Part shown: positions 27,135 to 39,757 of the stretch, piece after piece
How the letters are laid out: each line of letters begins with the position of its first letter
How positions within the stretch are numbered: the stretch's first letter is position 1
Assembly: GCA_021613535.1 (NCBI GenBank)
Contig: CP075494.1
Span: forward strand, 3,968,001-4,032,000
DNA: 64,000 bases
From: Adineta vaga
Lineage: Eukaryota; Animalia; Rotifera
Reading direction: 5' to 3'
The notes under the pieces: model-generated
What the model was told of the DNA's origin: nothing
Database searches by the model: none
The model's input: only the letters and a program-made list of their open reading frames with translations
Made by a program: the position numbers and the translations under genes

Positions 27135-28611
27135 ATGCTGTCAGAATTTATGAAAATGATTGATAAACGTAGTAATACCATTAATTTCTGTAAATTAATT
27201 CTTTCAGCACTTGTTCCATGTATTCTTGGTATATTTACTGTAATTTTTACAATGCAACAACAATCATTATCGGAAAAACAACATGAAATAACTCTACAAA
27301 ATCAACGTGATGCCCAACAACAAACATTATTCGATGCTTATATTGATGATATTGCAAATCGTTTACTTACAACAAATTCTACCATTATAAAAAAGAATAA
27401 CAGAAATATTCTACTTTACATACGAACAAAAACATTGATGGCTCTTAGAACTTTAAATTCTGAACGAAAAAAATATGTTATTTTATTTCTATATGAAAGT
27501 GGTCTTCTCGATGGTTCTGGTCTCGATTTGAATGGTGTCGATCTTAATGATGTTCAATTCATTGGTCCTTATAAACTTAGTCATCTCTATTTACCGAATG
27601 TTTTCTTGAAGAATGCTCTCTTTCTTAAATGTCATCTTTATAAAGCTGTATTCACTCAATCATATATGACCAATGCAAGTTTTATAGATTCATCACTCGA
27701 CTCAGCTTCATTTGCTGAGAGCGTATTAGATAATGTTCAGTTTGTCCGAACAAAAGCTTTTAATATTAATTTTACTAGTGCTTCTCTTGTTCAAGCAAAT
27801 TTCCTCGATGCTACCTTTGTTCAAGGCAATGATTTTACTAATGCAGATCTTTTTCAAGCTCGATTTACTAAAGATCAATTCGAAGGGAGACGAGTTTCGA
27901 CAACACCGCATACATTTTCTTATGCACGTCTTCCTAATGGATCATTTGGAGATTTAAATCCACAACGAAATTTACTTACAAATGGTGATGCAGAACGAGA
28001 AGTAAGTTGATATGTAACGATTATTCCTTTCTCTTTATCATTCATGTAGTGTTCAACTCGTCGAAGAACTAATTGGCCAATAGATAGCAGATCTGCTGAT
28101 TTATTATTGATTGCACTAAATGAAACATTTGTTGATAAGACAGTAACTAATTATCATAATTGGGGCCATTGTATATTTGGAATGACAATTGGTAGCACTC
28201 GAGCATCACAAAATATTGATTTACGTCATTATTCTCATTTGATTGATTTGAAAAGAGCCACATTTTCCTCGTTTGCTTATGTTGGTTGTAATGGTACTAC
28301 TGATGCTGCTTATGTCGAAGTGAGCACCCTTGCATCAGATCCAGTCATAATGGAAAATTCCACTTTTCTAAGTAAAAACTTTAAAATAGATGTAAATATA
28401 TCTATGTTCTCGATGTCATTGTATATTTCGTTTAGATCGTACAACAGCTATAGAAGATAACGATATGATGATGCATCAATATGGTATTAAAGAATATCGT
28501 TTGTTACCGAATACACGTCGAGCACGTGTTTCTTTCGGTGTTCGAGGAACACTTGCAGCTGGAATATTTTGTTATTTTGATAATATAACATTTTCAATGC
28601 AAAAACATTGA
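27135..28611 (+). CDS. Membrane-anchored pentapeptide-repeat protein with C-terminal beta-sandwich-like domain (3 exons)
   Basis: N-terminal TM, IRTKTLMALRTL...ILFLYES, A(D/N)LxxA-type pentapeptide repeats (ASFIDSSLDSASFAESVLDN, ANFLDA, ADLFQA), LPNG, NLLTNGDAE; stop at 28609-28611. Confidence 0.8.
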
Positions 28612-28768
28612 GACTATATTTTTCGATCTCTGCTTTTTAAATATTTAAGTTGGTGTGCTTACAGAAAATTATTTCTTTTCATTGTGCAATATAATTTATG
28701 TATGAGTCACATTTTACACAACAACAAAATATGAAAAATAACGACACATTCTTTCGATCAATAAGAAA

Positions 28769-30200
28769 ATGCTAGTGATTACAAAATTCGAAACGTTACC
28801 TAATGAATGATTTATTGAGTGTTTTCAATATTTCAGTGGTCCAGATAATTCGTTTTCTCGAATCAATTCTCGTTTTGATAAACTAATCGAAATATTTCTT
28901 TCATTGTTTTCATTGAATGGATTTATTTCATTTCGATCATTGACATTTATTGGACTTTCAAGAAATACTATGAAGAAATTAAGATCCAACTTGTTCTTAT
29001 TACCTAACACATGTTCTATACATTTTATTAATCCAAAAGAATATTTTCTTGAAGTGAAACGTACTCAGACATCGAAATCTGGTATACCAGATATGTTCAA
29101 GATTCCATTAATAACGAATTTAACCTTTTCTAACTATGGATTCGTCGATTTAAATAATTTAATGGAATATTTACGCAGATCACAAGATTTACATGTTGAA
29201 TACAGGTTTAGTGTGTCTTGTAAAGAGCATTACTACGTTCAGTAAAAAAAAGTAATTCTAATGAAATTTCACGGCAACTTTGAACTAATTGAACGGATGG
29301 TGAAGAAGACGCTGAATTTAAAAAGTCTAATGATATCTTCTTCTAAACGAGATTTATTCGATGCTCAACGTTGAGAAAATTTGATTATATCTTCACTTCA
29401 TTTATTAACCTTTTTTAAATTTGATTTTAGTTATGATTACGTAAATGAAACAAACAATTTTATATTAGACATAAAGATTGTCAAAGTGATTTTTGGCTGA
29501 AATAACACCAGTGGCATACTGAATATTTATATGATTTCCATAAAACACGCATTTATACAATACCTTATATGGCAACTGCTGTATAGAATATTGTTATTTA
29601 CCGAAAAAAATGCAAACCGTCGACAGAATAACAGATTTAACTGTTTCTTCTCTCAATTCGATAGAACAATATCAATATCGATTGAAAAATGTTACTATAC
29701 TTAGATTAAGAAAGTTTCATTATGGATTCTATCGTGAGTATGAGATTTCATATAGCAAAGAATACTTTGAATCCTTGAAAATTATGATTCATTTATATAA
29801 TCTGAAATAGTCAGATCTTAGTGAGGAATACTTCACGCAAATGCCAACGTTTTTATCGAAAGTATTGAAGAAAGCACCACAATTATCGATTTTGACAACC
29901 GGTATAAACACCTTAGCTTTATTGATTAAAACCAATGAACTATGCAAATATTTTAACCGAAGAATTAAGAACTAAATATGATACTCTATCTCACTCTTCA
30001 CATTTCGAAGAAAATCGCAGCTCGGAAGCTCTATTTTATACAGAGATACGAATAATTTTGTCAATTTCTGTTATAATTGTATGAATAATTTTGAACTCAT
30101 TGGCTTACTTTTTGACTATATCTAGAAAAGAGAATTGTCATAGCGTTTTACATAAATATGAACATGTCCTTTTTCTGGATCGAGAAATTTTTTTGCAAAA
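28769..30200 (+). pseudogene. F-box/LRR pseudogene
   Basis: ITKFETLPNE*FIECFQY (F-box with in-frame TGA), downstream IYTIPY motif, several stops and frameshifts; end approximate. Confidence 0.7.
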
Positions 30201-30360
30201 TGCTTTCTTTCGCTTAATTACTGTTTTTTCATTGAGTTCTTAAGAAAATCACCATAGTGATGATAATACATTCTTTTTTATGGCTAAAAATTTCTCCGGT
30301 TTATTTTATAGAAGGCATTTTCTTTTTGAAGGTGTGTATATTTGTTCTTTTCTTATGCCA

Positions 30361-32281
30361 ATGAAGTACGCTCTCTTAATTTGCCTATTTCTTCCTCTAA
30401 TCAATGGATTTGTAATTGTTCAAATTCACCGATCGGCAATTTATAAACCTGCCTCATCATGTGTTTTTCTTCGTAATGTTTCATTGTCAAACGACACATC
30501 GATTCAGTCATGCATTTGGGAATGTGTTCATGAAAATCGATGTCAATCTGCTGTGTATTTTCGTGATGATAATATCTGCTCCATATTCGATGAGTCCTGC
30601 AAATCAGATAGTATTCAATCATCTGGAAATGTTTCGGCAAGTGTTATTTGCTACCGAAAAAATCAAAGTGAGTTTGTTATATGTTATTAACAGTGAGAAA
30701 TCTTTTTCATTTAGACTCTTCCGTCACTTGCTCTTCCACTGACACAACCAGTCAACCAACGGTAACGAGCTTTTTGCGACGTAAGTATTACCATTCTACT
30801 TATCAACTATCTCTAAAATATTGACAAAAGTCGAAGCCTACAAAGCTAAATCATAGCTACCCGAGACCGTAGATGTGTTGGTAATCTTTTATTATTTAGC
30901 AACGGTAAACGTATCTTGTGGATCAACATGTGTGAATGCATCGGTCTCAAATATATCGCGATTAGCATTTTATTCATTCGATAATGTCACAGTAGATGCT
31001 ATGGGTAATTATTCAGCAAGTGGTATACCTTCACCAATCTTTGTTTCTGGATGGATTGGTTCGGCCATTAGTTTTAGCTACGCGAATTCACAGTTTCTCT
31101 CCACATCACATATTCCATTCAATTTACATTCATTTACGATTGAATTTTGGTTTTATGCTACTAATCTCAGTGATCGTTGGGATTTCGCGTTTGCAGGTCA
31201 ACATGAATCTTCAGCTCAGTCTAAATGTCTGTTTTTGAATATTCGTAAATCAGTTCTGTTCTTTGGATTCTTTATGGATGATACATCTGGAAGTACAAAT
31301 ATTACAATCAAAAGATGGTATCACGCGGCATTTGTATATAATCGAATCACACAGCGTCAGTATATATACTTGGATGGAGTATTAGAAAGCAATGCCTTTG
31401 CTCCTCCTCTTCAAACAACAACAGGTAGTTTCACAATTGGCGGGGCTAAAATTGGAGGTAGTACAGATCAACTCGTGTACTATTCAGGTTATATCGATCA
31501 CTTTACAATCAGTTTGCGAGAAAAAAGTGCTTGTGAAATCTATCTTGATGCTACACTTGCTTGTTATTTTAATTTTGATTCGATTCCATCATTGATCGAT
31601 TCTGGCCCTAATTTTTTAACGGCAACGGCAACTAACCTCGGTACAACATCAGTACCAGGTCGAGTCAATCAAGCAGTAAGATTTTCCTCTACATCGTCGT
31701 ATATTACGGTCAATGGAATAAGTGCTATGACAGCTAGTAGCACTGCATTCACTATATCCATGTGGATGAATCCGACAACCGTATCTGGAGGCGCAACTCT
31801 AATTCATGCATCGACACAATCAGACGGTACGTAATATTCTTATTGTGTTTTTTTAACTATTCGTGAATAACAAGTATCAAAATTTTACTTTTATTATTTA
31901 GGTCAAGGTATTTGTCTTGCTATGTGGGGTTTAACTATGAATGGTACAATGACTGTTAATGTTGTTGAGTCATCAAATAATACTATCTCAGCTAGCGCTT
32001 CGTTCCCCTTACCACTGAATACATGGACACATGTTGCTCAAACATTCAATTCAGCAACTGGAAATTATTTATATATCAATGGTGTATTAGTAGCAAGTGT
32101 AAATGCTTCAACAGGTCAACCAATAGGTCCATATGCTTTTCTTGGCGCATCGCCAGCCAATACAAGTCAATGCAAAGCTGGATCAATCATAATGGGACAA
32201 TTTTACGGAGACATCGATGAATATTATGTTTTCGGACGCGAATTAACAGCAGCAGATATATGTCACCTAGCCAATCAGTGA
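30361..32281 (+). CDS. Secreted PAN/Apple + two LamG-like (ConA-like lectin/glucanase) domain protein, 4 exons
   Basis: Signal peptide; SIQSCIWECVHENRCQSAVYF Apple domain; SFTIEFWFY...WYHAAFVY...IYLDG...YSGYIDH and FTISMW...WTHVAQTF...LYINGVL...FYGDIDE. Confidence 0.85.
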
Positions 32282-32377
32282 ATTGTGAAATACATTATAA
32301 TTAAATATACAACAGTTTCATACAGTATTGCCTTGTGTTCGTGTATATGTTTTGTTTAATCTTTTCTCAAGAAAATC

Positions 32378-32421
32378 TTGAGGGCGTAAGTTTTAACTAA
32401 CCATAACCACATCCGATCAAG
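32378..32421. repeat. Telomere-like inverted-arm element (short)
   Basis: ttgagggcgtaag...ccataaccacatccgatcaag. Confidence 0.5.
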
Positions 32422-32896
32422 ATGATAAAAATAAAATGTTAATTCAAATCATAGGATTAGTAAATAGAGAACAAAGAAATATTGCTGAAATCAGACGTAA
32501 AATAAAGTAGATTAAATAAAAGAACCTGAAGGAACAAAAACCGAGCTTGTAATTTTTTACATATCTGTTCAACAAATTGACTGATTGAAAAAGATATGCA
32601 TGAAATCGATCGAGTAATAAACAATGAAATAATATGACGAGCGAAAATGTCGGTCAATCGTGAAACATACGTGAAGAAATGTAAAATAATGTTTTATATG
32701 CATTCATTTTAATTCGAGAGAGAGGATATAAGTTATGTACTAAAGCAATGCATACATATATTTGTCGAGTTTGAACTGTCGTTGATCAGAAAGAAAAAAT
32801 ATGTCTGTATTGACGCATATATCGTTTTCATTTAAATATTAAGTAACATTATATTTTACCTTTCGCTCTTGCATATTGGTTAATATAAGCTTTGAA

Positions 32897-33877
32897 ATGG
32901 AAGGCAAGGAGGCCAGTATGAATTTCGATCTTGAAAAGAATGATATAACATCTCCATTATTTCCTTATCCATTTATTTTTCGTAATCAACAACAATTAAA
33001 AGAATATATTTGGCATTACTTAACCAAAAATAAAGTACTTCATGTTACCAAACTTGTATTGGGAGTATTGACATTAGTATTACCATTATTAAATGTTTTT
33101 ATGGTTTATCGAAGTTTAATTCATCAACAAGAAGATTCTGCGGATGTTTATTCAGTTTTTCATTCTATTATATTCTATGGTGAATTTGTTTTAGTTCACG
33201 TTCTTGTATTTGGTACTCTCATCGCGTTTCTCTATCGTAAATTCAAAAACACTCAATCAATATGTTCAAACAAAGGTGAATGGATCAATCTTCTTGATAT
33301 GGAGATCACTTTCATGGCATTCAATATGATCAAATTAATTCCAATCATATCATTGAATAGTTTCAATCTTCTCATGAAACAAATCTCAATATGTGCACCT
33401 ATTTTCTTAAGATACTCTCGATCATCTCAAATCGTAACATTTTCTCTACTGACTTTATTTATTTTGATGGAATTAGTGGTTGTTATTATTTTACTTTTAT
33501 CGATTAGTCTTGTGAAAGTTTATCAAGTATCATTTGTAGGAGAAAAATTAAATCCACTTGTTTGGACACACAATCAATGGTTATTGTTTATTGGTTTTGC
33601 TGCCAATATTATCAATATAACTGATACTCCAACTGTCAGTCAATTATCATTCATGTGGGATATAACAAATAAAACATGGTCAGATGATGTGAATATGTGG
33701 TTCATAGATGAATTTGCAAGAAAACGAAAAACTTATATTCTTGATGAAATATGTGAAAAACTTGGTTTTGTTAAAGGATTTCTTTGGGTGCGAACAATGT
33801 CAGCTATCGATTTACATTGTATTGTACGTTTACCACCACCATTGCCATATATCGAACAATCTTTTTCTCATATGTAA
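32897..33877 (+). CDS. Uncharacterised intronless multi-pass membrane protein, copy 1
   Basis: Long ORF with 4-5 hydrophobic segments; near-identical paralogue at 38084-39079; ATG 32897 aligns with the paralogue start. Confidence 0.8.
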   Translation: MEGKEASMNFDLEKNDITSPLFPYPFIFRNQQQLKEYIWHYLTKNKVLHVTKLVLGVLTLVLPLLNVFMVYRSLIHQQEDSADVYSVFHSIIFYGEFVLVHVLVFGTLIAFLYRKFKNTQSICSNKGEWINLLDMEITFMAFNMIKLIPIISLNSFNLLMKQISICAPIFLRYSRSSQIVTFSLLTLFILMELVVVIILLLSISLVKVYQVSFVGEKLNPLVWTHNQWLLFIGFAANIINITDTPTVSQLSFMWDITNKTWSDDVNMWFIDEFARKRKTYILDEICEKLGFVKGFLWVRTMSAIDLHCIVRLPPPLPYIEQSFSHM

Positions 33878-34393
33878 TAGACTTTTAAGGGTATGAACGA
33901 AGATGAGTAGCGTTTCTTCAGCTACGCATCATACCCACTCATCATTCTCAAGACTTCCATTTATGTGTTATCCTTTTTGCAGTTTAATACTACTTCTTTT
34001 AAAACCGGCAAAATAAGTAGATTGATGGTAGTTATGAAACATGATCTATAATCAAAGGTTATAAGAGTATCATATTCAAAGCATACCCAAGCTCTCAATT
34101 ATTCGACTTATATGCAAAAACATAAGATAGAATGGGAGAAAACATTTCGTCACTTATCTCATTGTATGGGAAGAAAATAATTCTACCATCCATTCTACAC
34201 GGTGTCGATATGCTTAGTATTTTTTTCTCGTTTTTTTGTCTGTTCTTATCGTAGTGAATGTGTTTTTAAATACCGATGTATATATATTTTTTTGAACTTA
34301 CAGAAAAAAACAAAGTATCAGTTGCTCAAGAAGAAGAGAACTAAAACGTATTCCAATCAAAAAATAATTTTACCTTTTCAAAATCAAAGATCG

Positions 34394-34783
34394 ATGAATA
34401 ATCGTCCTGTATGTCCATTTCTTCGTCAACTTCAAGATCGTCTTACTGATGATGATCGAAAACGTCTTTGCTTTTATGTTGGTACCGAAGTTCCAAAAGG
34501 AACTACCGATCCATCACCTACTGGTACAACTAGTCGTTTAGATTTTCCTCTTACTCAAGATAAAATTAATCGAGAATATTTGACTTGTCTTATCAATAAT
34601 TTTAAAGAAATTGGTTGTTTCGATGCAGCAGAATCATTAAAAGGTTCGTTTTTTCTTTGAATTTATTCGAGTTTTTTTCGTCTTTTTTCTCTAGAATATT
34701 TAGATCGAAATGAATCTTTACAAAGTTTATCATCAATTATGCCATCAAGAATAGATCTACTTCTTTGCGAGGACGACGATTAA
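34394..34783 (+). CDS. Small death-effector-domain (DED)-like protein, 2 exons
   Basis: LRQLQDRLTDDDRKRLCFYVG...QDKINREYLTCLINNFKEIGCFDAAESLKEY; second exon starts after the AG at 34694. Confidence 0.6.
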
Positions 34784-35548
34784 CAAGCTATAAGATCTTA
34801 TTAGTTAGAAATTATCAAAGATTTGATTTTTCAGTTTTTATTTCAAGAGAAAATACTTTTGAGAACAATAAAAACTGCGGTCAGAATCAATAAAGATTAT
34901 CGTGATTGTTGTTAATTAAATAATACAAAGAAACTGATTTTTCATAATTTCTCTACATTTTCAATATCGAAGTCCGCTCCTAGTAACAACTCGCAATTAT
35001 TCATGTAATACGGTCGTGTTTGGTAGAATGGAACTCTGTTAAGGAATATTTTATATTGTGATTAGCGAATGTCAATGGAATTTTCAAGATAAGAACGATC
35101 TAAATTGATGAACGTTATTTACTTAAATGAATAGCTGTGCTAGACGATACAGTTTATAGTTCAATCTATTTGAAGAATTAGAAATGGCCGTTCGACTTAT
35201 TCTTCATGAATGAGAATGACGAATTATAATTTATACACATAATATCGTAAAGTCGGATAGGCTTTACTTCCTTCGCACTAGAAATTCAGTTTATGTAAAA
35301 CAAAAAAAGATATATATTGAAGTAAATTCATTACGAGCAAAACAAAATAGATAATTTATTAAGCGAAATCGTACAACATATGTTTGGAAAAAAAAGCGTT
35401 AATAAATCTTCGTCTATAGGTTTGTTTGAAAAATTATAATTACGATAAAGTAAAATATTTTTCTCTTTAATTATATAATTTTATAGGTTAATATACGAAT
35501 TTAGTTGTCTGTTTGATTATTTCCTGAAATTTGATATAATGATTAAGT

Positions 35549-36010
35549 CTAACATCCTGCTGGGATGGCTTTAATTATTGTAACATTGAAAAGAGGTGCA
35601 TCCGGATTGAATATCTCATCAACATTTTCATTCATTGCGTCACAACAAGAGTGACAACACACAGTATCATCACAAGCTTTACGAGTGATTAAAGCAGCCG
35701 CACGAAGCTCTTGAGCAGCAAGACGTTGTGCTTCCAAATTAACTTTTGCAATCTCCTGATAGACAGCAGCATTTTCAGGATCTTCTTTAGCAGCCTCAGC
35801 AAGTTCTTTATTAGCTTCATTCACAGCTAATTTAAATGCTTGAGAACTAATACGAAGAGTATCAAGAGCTATTTTAACTGCTTCGCAAGCATTTATAGGT
35901 GCACCACAGCCACAATTGACTGTTGTTGTTAGTATCGTTGTTTGTGTGTTGGCAAAGACAATGATAGCCATGATTATTGACAGCCAGTAAACTGTTGTAG
36001 ATTGAACCAT
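35549..36010 (-). CDS. Secreted Ala/Glu-rich helical protein with Cys clusters at both ends
   Basis: Signal peptide MVQSTTVYWLSIIMAIIVFA; CGC...C, long amphipathic Ala-rich stretch, C...CC..CC and a terminal C. Confidence 0.75.
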   Translation of the reverse strand: MVQSTTVYWLSIIMAIIVFANTQTTILTTTVNCGCGAPINACEAVKIALDTLRISSQAFKLAVNEANKELAEAAKEDPENAAVYQEIAKVNLEAQRLAAQELRAAALITRKACDDTVCCHSCCDAMNENVDEIFNPDAPLFNVTIIKAIPAGC

Positions 36011-36647
36011 ATTTTTGTATTGCCGTGTGGTAGTTAATGATGAATGAGAACGTATTCGAATGATGTTTTGTTTCTGATATAACAACTATTTATACATATA
36101 TTTTATACACAAAGGGGTGAAGCCTATATTTCGTTCTTTTACTTCCTAGGATCAGTGAAGTATGAAGGTTAAAACCAAATGAAAAAAAATATCGCATTGA
36201 TGATTTAAGTTTCAAAAGCAAGTGAAAACCTACTGTTTATGGCAAAAGAAAGGAAGTCTATTTTTTTCTTAGATAATTCCACAATGGTTAGAAAATGTTT
36301 TTTTTTATCTATGGGCATAAAATGACGATAGAGTTGAATCAATATTTGTTTCTTTTGAGTATGACCTTGAAACAGATTACATTTTTTATGCATTGATGAT
36401 GATGATCGAAGGACTGACAAAATACCTACTTGTCTAATTAATTACGTATAATAATAAAAAATATTTTCTTAATGAGATGTAACGACTCGTCGAGTTAGTT
36501 GGAAATTTTGTTACAATAACAAAAAAATATAATCCAAAGTAATATTTATGATACAGATCAAAGGAAGTAAAGATTGATAATCGTTGCATCGGTATAAAAT
36601 AGAGAGAATATTCACGATTTTTATTATAGATATATTTATTTTTACTA

Positions 36648-37310
36648 TGAACGTTGGGTAAATAGTATACACATTGATTTAGTATGTATTTATGTTGATA
36701 TGAATATATTTTGTTTTTGTAGTCTCATTGTGTTCTGTGCCGGTAGTGCGATTGTACTCAGTATTGGAGTAACAGTTGTGGTTTCTCTCATTCCAGTTTA
36801 TTTACAAAAGGATGTTAGTTCTTTAGGCAGTGAGTAAAAAATGATTTTTTTTTAAATTGAATATAATCTGTTTGTACTAGATGTAAAAGGAACATCATTT
36901 AGCATGAATTATAATATTAACTCAGGAAATCTTGCGACTGGTGAACTTTCCACAACACTACGTGATGGAATTGTCACACAAGTAAAAACAATGTTTAATT
37001 CTTTAAAAATATTGCTAATCTATTATTTCTCAGTTATCTAAGCTTGTAGATCAGAAGGTAACAGTTAAATTAACTTCAGCGCTGATTAAAAATAAAGCAT
37101 CAAAAAGGTAAGATTCGAAATGTATAAATTGAAAATTGATTTATGTTTCTTCTCAGATCGTTGTTTCGTCGTCAAACTACCCCATCTCAAACCCTTGAAC
37201 TACGTGGAACTATTGACGGACAAAACGAATGCTCCAAAATATGCACAAACAATGCTGCAAAAACGTTTCAATCACGTCTATGTACTACACAACTTACTTT
37301 AATTCAATAA
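36648..37310 (+). CDS. Small multi-exon type II membrane protein (…SLIPVYL… type), possibly 3'-truncated
   Basis: Chain of short exons with GT-AG introns; N-terminal TM ending SLIPVYL, dibasic KR/RR site, ECSKIC. Confidence 0.5.
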
Positions 37311-37345
37311 ACATTTTTCTATTACATTTCTACTAATTCCACTAG

Positions 37346-37474
37346 TTGCAAGGACTGACAGCGCAATCGCTATGAGTATCATACTACTATCATAAGACTA
37401 TATGATAGAAATTAGCATTTACGCGTTGAAAGTAAGAGAGTAAGTCATGGCAATTCCTCCGTCAGTCCTTGCAA
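37346..37474. repeat. 129-bp inverted repeat / putative micro-MITE
   Basis: Perfect 14-bp IR TTGCAAGGACTGAC / GTCAGTCCTTGCAA extending imperfectly to about 32 bp. Confidence 0.6.
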
Positions 37475-38083
37475 ACACTCACTAATTTTATATATATTCT
37501 GATTAAACTAGAAATAAAACAAACCTTTTAACTTCAATATTAGAAAGTGTGTGTGAGCATGTGAGTCCGAGTTCAAGTCTATGATAACAATGGAAATAAA
37601 CAACAGGGAATTATTTTGTATAGATTTTAATGCTAACAATCAATTGAAAGTAGTAAAATTCTTGAAATTTGCGTATTTTTTAGGAGAACATAGGTTGAAT
37701 AAATAGGAGAAATCGTACGATTATCAACACTAGTTTTTAAATAAATAATTCATATCTTCGTCAACTGCTTGTTCCTTTTGCGTATATTTCATTTTGTATT
37801 CATGTGGAACATTAATGAGACAAATGTAAACTTTATGCTTTCTATGTACTTTTTTCTATTTTAAAGGGTACATAGGTAACATAGTAGAACGATAAATAAA
37901 TATTCATCGATTCTGATCACGACCAGAACATAAAAAATATTAAATGATAATGAATAAAAAAAAAATTACACGTCGACGCCCATATATTCCATTATATATA
38001 TACTATGTAACATCAATGTTTAAAAAAATTATATTTTATTTGATCTCTCGGGCTATATATACTGGTTAAACATATGTATTAAA

Positions 38084-39079
38084 ATGAAATTTAATCGAGT
38101 TAGTATTGATTTTGATCGTGAAAATAATGATATAACATCTCCATTATTTCCTTATCCATTTATTTTTCGTAATCAACAACAATTAAAAGAATATATTTGG
38201 CATTACTTAACCAAAAATAAAGTACTTTATGGTATCAAACTTGTATTGGGAGTATTGACATTAGTATTACCATTATTAAATGTTTTTATGGTTTATCGAA
38301 GTGTAGTTTTTCAACGAGAAGATTTTGCAGATGTTTATTCAGTTTTTCATTCTATTATATTCTATGGTGAATTTGTTTTAGTTCACGTTCTTGTATTTGG
38401 TACTCTCATCGCGTTTCTCTATCGTAAATTCAAAAACAATCAATCAATATGTTCAAACAAAGGTGAATGGATCAATCTTCTTGATATGGAGATCACTTTC
38501 ATGGCATTCAATATGATCAAATTAATTCCAATCATATCATTGAATAGTTTCAATCTTCTCATGAAACAAATCTCAATATGTGCACCTATTTTCTTAAGAT
38601 ACTCTCGATCATCTCAAATCGTAACATTTTCTCTACTGACTTTATTTATTTTGATGGAATTAGTAGTTGTTATTATTTTACTTTTATCGATTAGTCTTGT
38701 GAAAGTTTATCAAGTATCATTTGTAGGAGAAAAATTAAATCCACTTGTTTGGACACATAATCAATGGTTATTGTTTATTGGTTTTGCTGCCAATATTATC
38801 AATATAACTGATACTCCAACTGTCAGTCAATTATCATTCATGTGGGATATAACAAATAAAACATGGTCAGATGATGTGAATATGTGGTTCATAGATGAAT
38901 TTGCAAGAAAACGAAAAACTTACATTCTTGATGAAATATGTGAAAAACTTGGTTTTGTTAAAGGATTTCTTTGGGTTCGAACAATGTCAGCTATCGATTT
39001 ACATTGTATTGTACGTTTACCACCATCACCACATCCACTACCACTACCATCTATCGAACAATCTTTTTCTCATATCTAA
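38084..39079 (+). CDS. Uncharacterised intronless multi-pass membrane protein, copy 2
   Basis: 331-aa ORF; core almost identical to 32897-33877. Confidence 0.8.
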   Translation: MKFNRVSIDFDRENNDITSPLFPYPFIFRNQQQLKEYIWHYLTKNKVLYGIKLVLGVLTLVLPLLNVFMVYRSVVFQREDFADVYSVFHSIIFYGEFVLVHVLVFGTLIAFLYRKFKNNQSICSNKGEWINLLDMEITFMAFNMIKLIPIISLNSFNLLMKQISICAPIFLRYSRSSQIVTFSLLTLFILMELVVVIILLLSISLVKVYQVSFVGEKLNPLVWTHNQWLLFIGFAANIINITDTPTVSQLSFMWDITNKTWSDDVNMWFIDEFARKRKTYILDEICEKLGFVKGFLWVRTMSAIDLHCIVRLPPSPHPLPLPSIEQSFSHI

Positions 39080-39757
39080 TACACTTTTAAACGTATGAAC
39101 GAAGATGAGTAGCGTTTCGTCAGCTACATTCACATCTTCAAGTGCATATAACTTTTGCCAACGTAGAATGTTCGTTTTCTTGACATTATATATGGTGAAT
39201 GATATATCCAGAATATTTTTGTCTCTGTGAACTTTCAATTGTAAATAAACACCTGAAAGGTGATTCCCATATTTTCTCTTCTTTCAACTATAATATTATT
39301 CAGTTGGTCTACTCTTTTTTCAGCAAAAAGACGTGTAGTTAGTTCAATTCTAGAGCGTTGTGACTTAATATTGTCATTTTTGACAGCTGACAGAAAATAT
39401 AAGCGTACTTAGAACTATGAAAACTCTACCGAAATGAATATCGATGTAATAAAAAGAAGGTGAAATGACAGAGATTTATGGTGCATTGGTTTCTCGACTT
39501 TTCAAACAAGTGAGGAATAAATCACTTCTGCATTTTATTTTACAATACGAACATTTCTGTTAATATCATTGCTGTGACAGTAATTGGATCTTGTCATTAT
39601 CAGTATGTCATAGTTTGATAAAGCGTAATCCTCTCCAAACACATTGATTAATGTGAAACGTTGATTCTCGGTTGAAATGACGTAGATTCTCATCTATCTG
39701 GATGAGTGAAAAAAAAACATCTGAATAATTTTTTTATTAAGTAAAAAGAATTCAACT

